From NCBI GenBank assembly GCA_950097015.1, contig CATNEN010000029.1:6944001-7008000 (forward strand): 64,000 bases of DNA, given 5' to 3'. The notes under the pieces are model-generated. The model saw only the letters and a list, made by a program, of their open reading frames with translations. It did not search any database and was not told the origin of the DNA. This stretch comes from Macrostomum hystrix (Eukaryota; Animalia; Platyhelminthes). Each line of letters opens with the position of its first letter. Positions within the stretch are counted from its first letter, which is position 1. Of this stretch, positions 49,147 to 60,994 are shown piece after piece. Made by a program: the position numbers and the translations under genes.

Positions 49147-49590
49147 CCAATCGATCAAATAAAAATTCAATAAAATTTAGTGTGAAGAACATGCGATCAT
49201 ACGAGCAACTGGTGAGTGCTAAAGCAAGCAAGTCTCCAGGGTTTGTGTGCGTGGGTAAGCCATGGCAACAAAGTAAAAATACAGTTTCGGTAAAAAAAAT
49301 TGACTAGCTTGATTTATTTGTTTGACGAAATTTGACAACAAAATCTGAATTAGTTATATTTCTCTTCTGTTTGTGCAGTTTCCAAAAGACCATTGCCTAT
49401 ACCAGTTAAAGTTTTGGTATATTGTTATATAAAAAACTAACTAAAATGCTTCAACTATGATGTTGAGCTATAGTACCCGAAACAGAAACCGCTACTCAAT
49501 TTGAAAACAAAACAGAAACGGAAGTGACGAAATGAAAAGAATAAAATAAAATTTGTGAGAAAATAAGCTAGCGAATAACAATAGGACTAC

Positions 49591-52500
49591 CAGTAATGAG
49601 GATCTTTGAGCTCTGAAAAACTCTTCTTCTTAATCGGAAGAGCGAAATTCATTGCGACAAAAAACTTGCGCCATGGTAAACGACATGCTAGAAAAGCCAA
49701 ACGTAAGTTTAAAAAAGTCATAAAACACTGCGGTAGCTACTTAAAAGTAGAGTAATTAAGCTAGTCTACTATTGTAATATAAAATCTAGTTCTGAATCAG
49801 ATTAGCCTGAACAGATGCACAGCTGGATCAGATTAGCCTGAACAGATGCACAGCTGAATCAGATTAGCCTGAACAGATGCACAGCTGAATCAGATTAGCC
49901 TGAACAGATGCACAGCTGAATCAGATTAGCCTGAACAGATGTACAGCTGAATCAGATTAGCCTGAACAGATGCACAGCTGAATCAGATTAGCCTGAACAG
50001 ATGCACAGCTGAATCAGATTAGCCTGAACAGATGCACAGCTGAATCAGATTAGCCTGAACAGATGCACAGCTGAATCAGATTAGCCTGAACAGATGCACA
50101 GCTGAATCAGATTAGCCTGAACAGATGCACAGCTGAATCAGATTAGCCTGAACAGATGCACAGCTGAATCAGATTAGCCTGAACAGATGCACAGCTGAAT
50201 CAGATTAGCCTGAACAGATGCACAGCTGAATCAGATTAGCCTGAACAGATGCACAGCTGAATCAGATTAGCCTGAACAGATGCACAGCTGAATCAGATTA
50301 GCCTGAACAGATGCACAGCTGAATCAGATTAGCCTGAACAGATGCACAGCTGAATCAGATTAGCCTGAACAGATGCACAGCTGGATGAGATTAGCCTGAA
50401 CAGATGCACAGCTGAATCAGATTAGCCTGAACAGATGTACAGCTGGATGAGATTAGCCTGAACAGATGCACAGCTGAATCAGATTAGCCTGAACAGATGC
50501 ACAGCTGGATGAGATTAGCCTGAACAGATGCACAGCTGAATCAGATTAGCCTGAACAGATGCACAGCTGAATCAGATTAGCCTGAACAGATGCACAGCTG
50601 AATCAGATTAGCCTGAACAGATGCACAGCTGAATCAGATTAGCCTGAACAGATGCACAGCTGGATCAGATTAGCCTGAACAGATGCACAGCTGGATGAGA
50701 ACACTGACGAATTCTGCTAACCAGAGCTGTCCTCAGGACGTACAAGGCCAATTAGACCATCGCAACGCATAGCAACCCGATTTAAATCCCAGTTCAATGC
50801 GGCGGAATCGAAGCCGGAACCTCTGGCAGGTGGAGGTGCCGACCGTACAGCGGATACCGCAGCGGCAACCGAGGCAGCGGCTGCACTTCCACCGCCACAG
50901 TCGTGGCTGCCGACAGGGAAGAGACCAGCAGCGAGACGCCGACGAATTGTGATAATCAACAGCCAGCAGAGTGGAACAGCAACTGCGGCAGCCGCTGCTG
51001 CTCCTAGAAGAACAGTGCGCTTGCTTGTTGAAGGCGCTGAGCTGGACGGTTCGCCAGGACTGGCCGATTCGAAGTCAAAGCGCCGACTAAACTGCAGATA
51101 GTCTGCAGTGCATAGAATTTCAGAAGGAAATAGGTGAACAAATAGGCGAGGCAGAAACGAGCGAAACTGTCTGACTGTCCGCCGGCTGACAATGAACAGG
51201 CAATATTCAACGCCAGCCAACGGATCAGCGGCATCTTCGCTGTCTAGATCGTCTAGTCTATTTAGAATCTCCTAAATAGAGAAAAAAAATATGAATCTCA
51301 GACAATGGGCCCTAATATTTGAAGCGACAATTCTCAGGGTGTGACAACTTCCCCAGTCCATGGACTGAACTTCTGTACACAGCCTTTGGAAGCGCCGTGC
51401 AATAGCTGCGGCTGCGTCACTGGCTGTACATCTGTGGCTTAACTAGACTAAGTGTCATTTCTATCTATCTATACGGTCAGAGAAGGGTCAAAGAGTGTAC
51501 TTACTACGCAACGAATAAAACCAGGCAAATCTATTTGATCCATTTTCATCTGGCTCGGCATTGTCCATAGATGCGTTAGTTGATCTAAATGAACTGTGTT
51601 GCACAATTTGTTCTATATTATCTTCGATAACCGATAGATCTAGATTATCTAAAGTATTGACACTGTCTAGCTGATCAAGTTGATGGCCGACCTCTTGTGT
51701 AATATCTGCGCAATTTGCGACCTCCGCAGAGGTGTTGCATTCGACGCTGTTACTACTGCAACTATTATTGGCATTTTCACCAATCAATTCTGGTAGCAAA
51801 GATTCAAACAATTTTATGGGTAATCGTTGCCAAGCGAAACGATTCAAAGCTGTTGCGGGCAGGCGAATAACGCAGACTCTCTGGTCGACATGTTTTAAAT
51901 CTACATACTCGTGGCCCAGGCAGATTACTACTAAACGAGGCCGTTGTTCCGCCTCAACCAAAGCGGCTGAGGCTAGAAAACTGCGACAAGCCTCCGCAGA
52001 TTCTGGCGTTGCTATCAGCGCTAAACAGCGGCTATTGCGATAGGAATCGACTGCGCCTGATGATGATGAGGCAGTGTTAATTGCATCCCAGGCTGTTAGC
52101 GAATAGCAGCTCAAGCCATACTGCAGGCGCATTCTGCGACCAAGATGAGCAGCGAATTGCACAGCCAGCCAATCGTCGGTATCGCTAGAGTAGTACATCG
52201 ATGTGGCTAGGATAATATCGTAGCAGGCAGACGGATTGTAAGCCGACCTAGCCAATGGTCGATAATCGTCTAACGGAGTCCAGGTGACTCGAAGAATTCT
52301 AGCCAACGCGCGCCAACTGGCATGGCAACTAAACTCCATCAATGAGGAAGTGGACAATGAGCCGAATCTTAACAATGGGTGCGACAAAAAGTCAACCTCC
52401 GCCGAGCTCAACAGCTCGCCATCGTCGTCGCCGTCCTGATGCAGACTGGCAATCAGATAGCGACCGCTCCAACCAGGACGCCTACTAACCAGGTGAACAA

Positions 52501-54372
52501 ATAGGCGAGGCAGAAACGAGCGAAACTGTCTGACTGTCCGCCGGCTGACAATGAACAGGCAATATTCAACGCCAGCCAACGGATCAGCGGCATCTTCGCT
52601 GTCTAGATCGTCTAGTCTATTTAGAATATCCTCGGCTGGCAAGTCTAGGCGCCGGCAGGGGCGTTTTAGCATGCGATTCGGTGGCCAAGCTTAAACACTC
52701 AATAAATGCCTGCACAATGGCATCGGCAGCTGGACATTCGTCAGACAGACCGTCGGCTGTGACCAGAGCCAGCTTGCACTCGCGCCTAAGCCCGGCCTCG
52801 AATTCGCTGGCCAACTGGCCGACATTCACGCCGGCTAAGCTGTCAGTCGGAGAAGATGCCGGATGACTGTGGAGAGAAAACGATAACAAATTACATTTGA
52901 TTCGATGAGATAAAATTAGGAGAGTACACATCAATAGTTAATAGGGGATCTGCAAATAAACAAAAACTAAGAATAGGATCTCAAAATATAAAAAGTAAAC
53001 GACGATTAAAATTCAGAATAGGATCATAACGTAAAGATTATGAAGATCGAATAATTAACAGTAGGACTACCAAGCCTATTTTGCCGCCGCTGAAATTTTT
53101 TTGGCAGCGCCTGAATGCTAACAGCGTTGGGTGGTGACTGATTGGTTGACAGACTGGGCGATGGTGTCCTGTGGTTGAGCTGCGCCTAATATTTAGGCTT
53201 GATTTGTGAAATTGGAGAAATTACGCTTCAGTGTGTCCATAATGGCCTAGTTCCACCTGTTGTTGCTCTTGAAGGTCCAGCAGTCCGTCTAGATAAAGGT
53301 AGGTGACCGCCGAAGACGGAGGTGATGCAGGCACATTCGGGTGACATGCTAATGAATTTTAGCGCTGAGGCGCAGTGCTAATTCGTGTATAGGGGTGTAT
53401 GAAATACACTAGCGCTTATGGAAAAAATCCGACCTTCGGCCAGAACCATTGAATATCTCGATGATCCAAAATCTGGCTAGTTGATTATTATTTCAGAACA
53501 TGCGCAACAAATAGTTGGCCCGTGTTCTTGAGTTTCTTGAGTGCTTGCGAGGGGGGAATTCCTTCCTTTGGCAGCACTACTGTTAATATTTGCAGGAGGG
53601 CTTCGGCAATGGCACATCATTTAGTGACAGTAGACCCGCAGCCAGCGAGGAGGCAATTCTGCCCATTCCGCTGACTCCTGAGCACAAAGGATAAAAATGT
53701 GACTGAAAGCAAAGCTCAAATCATTCTCACCCCAGTGATATCTGGCGAGGCGCCACGTGTCTCAAACTCGTCCACAGCCCGCCTGACCCAGCCTGATCTG
53801 GAAGACGCCGAATCGTCCACTTCGTCATCTGCGTCAGGAGAAGCATTCAACACTAGGAACATGGCCTTCCAGCACTCGGCCTCGGCTAGCCAAATCTCTT
53901 CCACTTCCAAAGAATTAGTCAACGATGACCTAAACACAATTGGTTCCAGCGATGAAGCCGCCTCGAGGTCTAGGCCGGTTGTTAGGCCTTCGAAATCTTC
54001 CATTGCTACAAATAATAGACGATGACGACACCGTCTGCGACAACGGGAGCCGCCCAGGCTAGCTAAGAATTTCTTTAATGGCACAAGAGATCTGGGACTG
54101 ACGACTAGCAAGCAGTAGTCAGCCAGGGTCAGGAGGCTAGTGAGGAAAGTTCCAGCCTCATTCTCATCGCTTGCTTCAACTGTGCTAAGCGCCTTCTCTA
54201 ATGGTAGGCAGGCGCAGCCTAGTAATTGTTGGATTCTGCACTTCAACAGGCAGGAAAATTGTTCAGCAAGTCGGTCTGGCCTAGCCTGCACAACAGATTT
54301 CACTGCGCAGCCATAGTCAATAGGCGAGGCTACAGCAAATCTATACTGCCTTCTGTGGTCTTTAGTAGGCAT
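49591..54372 (-). CDS. Unnamed protein with four tandem homologous domains, TIR/SEFIR-like; model incomplete, with at least two frame breaks
   Basis: Candidate exons about 54372-53731, 53677-53590, 52866-51505, 51102-50722 and 49687-49591 (the last three join in phase 1). Repeats align at LAEQFSCLL / IVQAFIECL / LAVQFAAHL / VAVPLCWLL and at ADYCLLVVSP / VEYCLFIVSR / SRCLALIATP / CDGLIGLVRP. YDIILA..Y..DW..F..L..GL.C..SR.L.L..TP resembles TIR box patterns. The fold call is inference. Confidence 0.5.
49795..50700. repeat. 31-bp intronic minisatellite, about 29 copies
   Basis: CAGCTGAATCAGATTAGCCTGAACAGATGCA units. Confidence 0.97.
51132..51268 (-). repeat. Exact 137-bp intragenic duplication of 52491-52627 lying in an intron
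   Basis: Identical by eye at constant offset 1359; preceded on the minus strand by a TCTCTATTTAG acceptor. Confidence 0.92.
51348..51425 (+). mobile_element. SINE 3' fragment
   Basis: CCCCAGTCCATGGACTGAAC..TACACAGCC..GCAATAGC matches the SINE tail. Confidence 0.65.
53059..53582. mobile_element. 524-bp non-autonomous DNA transposon (MITE) with TTAA TSD
   Basis: TTAA at 53055-53058 and 53583-53586. Imperfect 15-bp TIR: CAGTAGGACTACCAA vs CAGTAGTGCTGCCAA. A related copy lies at 33 kb. Confidence 0.78.
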
Positions 54373-54894
54373 GATGACTAGATGCAAATTGGCTGAACTG
54401 CTACTATGAGGAGCATGTCTGGTCTGCCCAGTGTCTGAAGAAATTGTTGGATGCAAGTTTAGTAAAGATAAATATATAATGATAAAACAATTCAAAAAAT
54501 TGTGTCATCTATCATAAAAACTTATTTAACTTATTCAATCTTAATCTCAATATATACATCGATAGCTTCTACCATATTTTTTGTATAAATATAAATATAA
54601 ATAAATATATAAATAGTTTGTCTTCATAGTGTGTTCATAGTCTAATATGAAAATAAATTCTTATCATCAAAATGCTGACTTCTGTTTGAAGGAAAACTGT
54701 TAGATTATTAACTCTTATCAAATAATTCATCATACAAGACAAATAAACCACTTTGTCTAGGTCTAGGTTTTTTATTTTTAGTTTACCTAACTAGCAAGTT
54801 TTGCCCCCCCCCTTCGGGGAGCAGAAATATTTTAAATTTGTCTAGTATATACTTCTTAGCAGCTGTATTTTCAGCTTTTTTAATGATAAAATGT

Positions 54895-55455
54895 TCCCCT
54901 AGTTGACAATGATCTCCTGTTGAAAATGATCACCCGGTTGACAATGATCTCCCAGTTGACAATGATCCCCCAGTTGACAATTTTCCCCCAGTTGACAACG
55001 ATCCCCCAGTTGAACATGATCCCCCAGTTGACCATGATCCCCCATTTGATGATGAATCCTCATTGATGATGATCACCCAGTTGACAATAATCCCCCAGTT
55101 GACCATGATCCCCCATTTGATGATGATCCCCCAGTTGACAATGATCCCCCAGTTGACAATGATCCCTTAGTTGACCATGATCCCCCAGTTGACAATGATC
55201 CCCCAGTTGACAATCATCCCCCAGTTGACAATCATCCCCCAGTTGACAATGATCCCCCAGTTGACCATGATCCCCTGTTGACAATGATCCCCCAGTTGAC
55301 AATGATCACCCAGTTGACAATGATCCCCCAGTTGACAATTTTCCCCCAGTTGACAATGATCCCCCAGTTGACAATGATCCCCCAGTTGACAATGATCCCC
55401 AGTTGACAATGATACTCCAGTTGACAATGTACCCGTAGTTGACAATGATCCCCCA
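54895..55455. repeat. 18-bp minisatellite
   Basis: GTTGACAATGATCCCCCA units. Confidence 0.96.
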
Positions 55456-58089
55456 ATTGTAGAATGAGAAGTTTGAAAACTCTTAGCTTTTTATATAAAA
55501 ACCATAAATAACTAGATCAGATCAGATCATTTGCTACCAAAGTGTTCATTACCAAAGTAGCTGTTAGAAAAGTGGTTGTGATTCATTACAAAAGTGAACT
55601 AGACTGGAACTGGAATTCAACCAACTATTGTAACAACCACTTTAGTAACAATTACTTTGGCCATAATTTAATGATTGCTAGTTAGGATGGACAGAATAAC
55701 TTTAAATAGTAAATTATAACCAAATTAAAAACTGCTGAATACTATTTTACACTCTTACACTTGATTGTACTTGTCCTTTTTTCTCCTTTGTTCTGTCAGA
55801 ATTTAAACTTAAACATTATTTACAATCATAGATATGCATAGTCGCATAGATGCATAGAGGCCTAAGGACTACAACTTGTGTTTTCTAGTTACTTCTAATT
55901 ATATTAGTATTAAGTAAACTTAAACAGAATACATAGCTTGATTTTGAAATAAAAACTTAAAAGCAACATTTATCTTTTTAACAGCTAAATAACAAAGCCT
56001 ACTAGAAATAATAGTAGTAAAATGTGTTCAAAGTTCACTGCATGCTTTTCCACATATTATCAAGAGATGATAATCATGTGATTAAAACTTATCACAAACA
56101 GCTAGGCCTACTCCCTAAATCTGCTTAATTGGGGACTTTGTCTGCTGACCACTTATTATCCATTTTGTAGAACAGCATGCCATATATTAGTATGTGGAAT
56201 GTGTTTGCCTCTCACACCAAGGTCCTAAGCTCAATTCCATGATGATAGGCCCTACTACATTAAATTGGGGCATAGCTGCAAATAGAAGGCTTGGGGCTTT
56301 TCATGGAATTTATGACATTGATGGCCAACATACATAATACAAAGTTTATGCCAAGTAGGTGTTATACAGCCGACCCGGCCGGATGAAACGAGGGCCAAGC
56401 AAGGTAAGTTGCAAAAACCAATTGACCAAGCACGAAAAAAATCAAAGGGGGGACCAAGGGACAAAAAAGGAAGGCATGAAGAAAAGGAAAAGGGGGAGAG
56501 AAAAAGAGAGCAAATGAGAGCAAACTAAGTTCGTAAATAGAGCAATGAAACAAACTCAGTTGCAAATGAGAGTAAACTAAGTCGAAAATAGAGCAAAAAC
56601 TAAGTTACATGGCTGGCTAAGATTTGGGAGGTTGCGCATGTATGTATACAATGTTCCCAAATGTAGCTGATCTTCTTGGCTGGCAGCCTATACTTAACTT
56701 CTAAGTATTTGTAAAGTATTTGCAAATTGTATTTAGGGCTTGTGGAATTTTGGGGCAGTTATAATTGGGGAATATGTTATTCAGTGTTGGAATGCTGCCT
56801 GGGATTCTGGGAAGTCTAGCTGTAAAGGGAAGCAAAATTTATGAATATGAAATTTGGGGAAAGTGAGTTTAAATATTATGGATTGTGAAATTAAGTGAAT
56901 ATGAAACCTGAGCTGTTAAAAAAAGAACATTTACTATAGACAGAATGTTCGATTTTATATTTTCTGAAAAAACCATTAGAAAATAGACAGGACTCAAGAG
57001 AAATCAGTAACAGGAATTCTCATTTTGAGTATTGCCCATAACATTTAGTAGTAGTGTACTAACTTCGTATATTGCTTTAAATGCAGCTTAAATATGCATT
57101 AAGGCAGCATAAATATTGCATAAAGACATTTTTGGCTTGCATTGGGCCTTTGTTATACTTATAGGTTTACTCGTCTCTTATTTTCATTGAAATTTAAAGA
57201 GAAAGTGAATATTGAAATGACGCGAGGCTTTACCTCTAACGACAAAAAACGAACTCGAGAAAATAATTCGCACTCCGCAGTGGCATGCAATAAAAATTGT
57301 TATTTGATACGGCCTTACTAGCTGTTCATTTTTACCCTTCCCTTTGTGCCCCCTCTTTTTGTATCCGCATGTGACTAATACCTATTATAATGCGGTTTTA
57401 TTTATTGTTTCTGTTCCCTATTCTTACTATTATATTATTAGTTGCTTTAGTTTTACGCTTCAATTTATCTTCTTTCTTCTTGAGTCATTGTGTAAGTCTG
57501 ATTACCCCATTGTTATATATTTGGGGTAATTGGGAGCGCATATATATATATATGCGCTCCCAATTTAGGATCACAGAGTTGCTTTTAGTTACGCGTATAC
57601 AACCTCCCCGGCCGGTTGATACTTGTGTGATCCTGCGACGGTTTCCCAGTTTCTATTATCCACTTATTTTTCCATGTTATCAATTGGCGATGGAGGTAAT
57701 GATTTATTGATTAGGATTTCCCCAGTTAAATTTAAGTCTCATAATCATAGAATCCCTTCCCGGATTCCCATGAGTCGAAATCCACTATCCCGGATTGCTA
57801 TAATTGGTTACCTTGACTTCCAACATATGGCTTTAAAGTATGGAAGCGAAAGGAAGAAGCCTATCTGTTAGTGTGATTTTTTATTTATAAATTGTTGGTT
57901 AGCACGAAATTCTATTATCGCGATCGAGTGTAGTTCGGTTAAACAATCTTGGCGCCAATTTAAGTTTAGATTTAATTAATGCACCCACCTCGCCAACAGT
58001 TACATATTAGTATTTGGCACCAGGGCTGTGGGCACTGGTACATTGTTTCGTGACAGTAGACCGGCTATCGGCGGTCCCTGGGAATACAC

Positions 58090-58325
58090 TTGGACACAGA
58101 TCTGTAGGCAGCCACATGAGCAGGGGTGCCCTGACTTTCTCAGCTCGCGAAGTAAGCAACCTTACTGGGTCCTTAGTTGTTTGGGTTGACAACGGCACGA
58201 CAAGCTCCCAATTCAAGCCTTCTTTTTCTTGGCAGCGCCCTAAATTTACGTGACCTTGCCGTGGAATCGAGCTATTATTCAGGTACCATAAAGAGGCAAA
58301 TTCGTTAGACCACTCTGCTGCAAAT
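58090..58325 (-). mobile_element. Possible second, diverged SINE family
   Basis: Minus strand begins GCAGAGTGGTCTAA (A-box-like) .. CTCGATTCC (B-box-like). The body differs from the main SINE. Confidence 0.35.
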
Positions 58326-59017
58326 ACTCACTTTTTCATTGAAGCTTTTTTGGTTAAAAAAATGTTATCATTCTAGTTGGCGATGAGAATGTAGTGCTTA
58401 ATTTTTATATTTATAATACAACATCGCCCAGAGCCTGATGATAAAATTATCGAAAAAGAATTTTAAACTTGGGAGCTTCTGAAACGATATCACTCCCGTG
58501 CTAGAGTAAAGCTTGCTCCTATCAGGGCCTAAACTAATAATGCATCAGCAACAATTGTCAATTGACCGGGCATGCGCGAGCAGCTTTTTCAGAAATTACA
58601 ACTATCGATCACTAAAAAGTTAGAAGCTGCTTTTGCTTTGGAGTCTAGTTTTGGCAGCATAAACAGTCCATTGGCCATTGTCCGCACTAGTGCAGCTAGA
58701 CAATTAATTTATAGTCTTTGGCAGAGCCATTAGCTACCTGGCACGTGATCTGACAGTACTGCATGGCTACTAGTGGTTGTTGGAGAGAGGAACACAGGCA
58801 GTGGTCCTGCAGTGCGGCTTACCCCAATAGCCAAGTCATTCATTCAGCATCAGTTTCATATATTATTTCATTATCGGCAGCTTCACTCCGAGAAGATAGG
58901 GAGAAACAGAGAAGGCTATAGAGAGCCGGCTAGAGACTGTCATTGCCCTAGTAGGATATTGTATACCGGATACGTTAACACTCTGAGTGCAAGACTTAAG
59001 CATTGAATTTGAGCAGC

Positions 59018-60867
59018 ATGGCAGACAAAGCTAAGTCGGCCAAGAGATCGGTCAAGTCGTCCAAAGAAGCCGAAAAACAACAACAACAACAACAAAAGCA
59101 ACAACAAAAACAACAACAGAAACAACAGCAGCAGCCGGTTGAAGCCAAACAATCGGGTGAAGTTACGGGCAGTACTATCAATGGCAGACGATCAAGAGAT
59201 GAGCGTAGCAGTGGCTGACCTGTTGGCTAGCCACGAACGGGAGCTACTGGCGGTTGCTTCTGAGCTAACAGCCGAGACGCGTCACTATGACAACGAGTTG
59301 CGCAGCCTAAGCGAAAAACTGAACGCCGCCAATCAGCGCCTGATGCAGCTGGAGTGGCGTTTCCCAACTTCGGCCCTTTGGCGAATCGACAACTTCACGG
59401 AGCGCTTTCAGGAGTCCAAGGCTAACAGAGGCGCCATGCTGGACAGTCCGCAGTACTACCTGAGCCGTCAGGGCTACAAGCTCAGCATGTCCATCTGTCT
59501 ATACGGCGCTGGCGAAGGTCAGATCAAGCTCCGGTTGACAGCTTTCTGTCAAGTGTCTTGAGACTATTACCTAATAAGTTTTGGTATTTTGTCAGAACAA
59601 AGCAAGTTCGGTACAGTGACTTGAATCCCGTGAATCAATTACTGATCTAAAAAAGACTCTCAGATAACTAAACAGAATCATGCAGTGGAATCCTTTACAG
59701 GTTTTAAAATACGTAGACATAATGTTGAAAGATTTCTCAAATTCCTGGACACAATCTTTCATATGGATTCTCAAAACCCGATCAGACAAAATATCTAAGA
59801 CTAAAAACAAATAGTGGTGAGATGAGACAGGAGAAATATGAGACTTGAGAGATGAGACAGTGAGAGATGAGACAGTGAGAGATGAGACAGTGAGAGATGA
59901 GACAGTGAGAGATGAGACAGTGAGAGATGAGACAGGGGAGATATGAGACAGGGCAGAGATGAGACAGGGGAGATATGAGACAGTGAGAGATGAGACAGTG
60001 AGAGATGAGACAGTGAGAGATGAGACAGGGGAGATATGAGACAGGGCAGAGATGAGACAGGGGAGATATGAGACAGTGAGAGATGAGACAGTGAGAGATG
60101 AGACAGTGAGAGATGAGACAGTGAGAGATGAGACAGTGAGAGATGAGACAGTGAGAGATGAGACAGGGGAGATATGAGACAGGGCAGAGATGAGACAGGG
60201 GAGATATGAGACAGGGCAGAGATGAGACAGGGGAGATATGAGACAGTGAGAGATGAGACAGTGAGAGATGAGACAGTGAGAGATGAGACAGTGAGATATG
60301 AGACAGTGAGAGATGAGAGAGTGAGAGATGAGACAGTGAGAGATGAGACATTGAGAGATGAGACAGTGAGAGATGAGACAGGGGAGAGATGAGACTTGAG
60401 ATACATGACGGAGTAGAGTAGGTGTTAAAAGGGGGTCAGGGGCCGGATTTGTGAGATTAGAGGTCGCATCTGATCTGCCTGCAATCGGCGCGGTTATTCA
60501 GACATTGAAACTCCACCGCTCTCTGTCGACAGCTCGCGGCAAATCCGTATCTATATTCGTTAGCGTCTGCAAAGGCGAATACGACGGCAATCTGGCCTGG
60601 CCGTTCGCCATGCGGCTCTACCTGGCCATCCTGGACCAGACTAACGATGATTTGCCGAGGCGCAATCTAACCAAGGTGATAATTCCCAAGGTGTGCCGGG
60701 AGAATCTACCGTTTCTAGCCCGACCGCGAAACCAGAAGAATCCGCAGTTCGGCTTGGAGAGATTCGCCAGCCTAGAGGAGCTGGCGCACGGCGGGCGGCA
60801 CTACGTGCGCAACGACACCCTGTTCGTGCGGCTGGAGGCGCTAAGCGAGGACCTGCTGCCCATCTGA
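59018..60867 (+). CDS. TRAF-family adaptor (coiled coil plus MATH/TRAF-C), no RING or zinc fingers seen; start 59018 (needs a frame change) or 59181
   Basis: Exon ending at 59517 splices in phase 1 to 60533. Motifs LWRIDNF..DSPQYY..GYKL...LYGAG-E-ARGKSVSIF...GEYDGNLAWPF..LDQ..FG...F..L..L....YVRNDTLF are TRAF-C. Confidence 0.88.
59815..60405. repeat. 15/17-bp purine-rich minisatellite in the TRAF intron
   Basis: GAGATGAGACAGTGA and GAGATATGAGACAGGG(C/G) units. Confidence 0.95.
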
Positions 60868-60994
60868 ACAGCTCCGCGCTGTTCTCTGTCTACTCAAAAT
60901 GGAGTTACTCAGAGCGTCTGCTGTTTGAGATCTTCTATGGCAAACTTTGGAGTTGTGCTATCGTGCCTGGCTGTCATGAGTTATCCACGAAATT

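Noticed and set aside
48674-49307. Further 3' exons of the TIR-like gene
   Set aside because: Several acceptor candidates exist but none could be tied to the phase-2 donor at 49590 with convincing homology.
50900-51020. Transmembrane helix ([26 protein letters not shown]) implying a receptor
   Set aside because: It aligns with the first helix of the other three internal repeats, so it is better read as part of repeat 4. A membrane role is not fully excluded.
58430-58470. Hammerhead ribozyme core (CTGATGA..GAAA)
   Set aside because: Stem II does not close in register and no stems I or III are evident.
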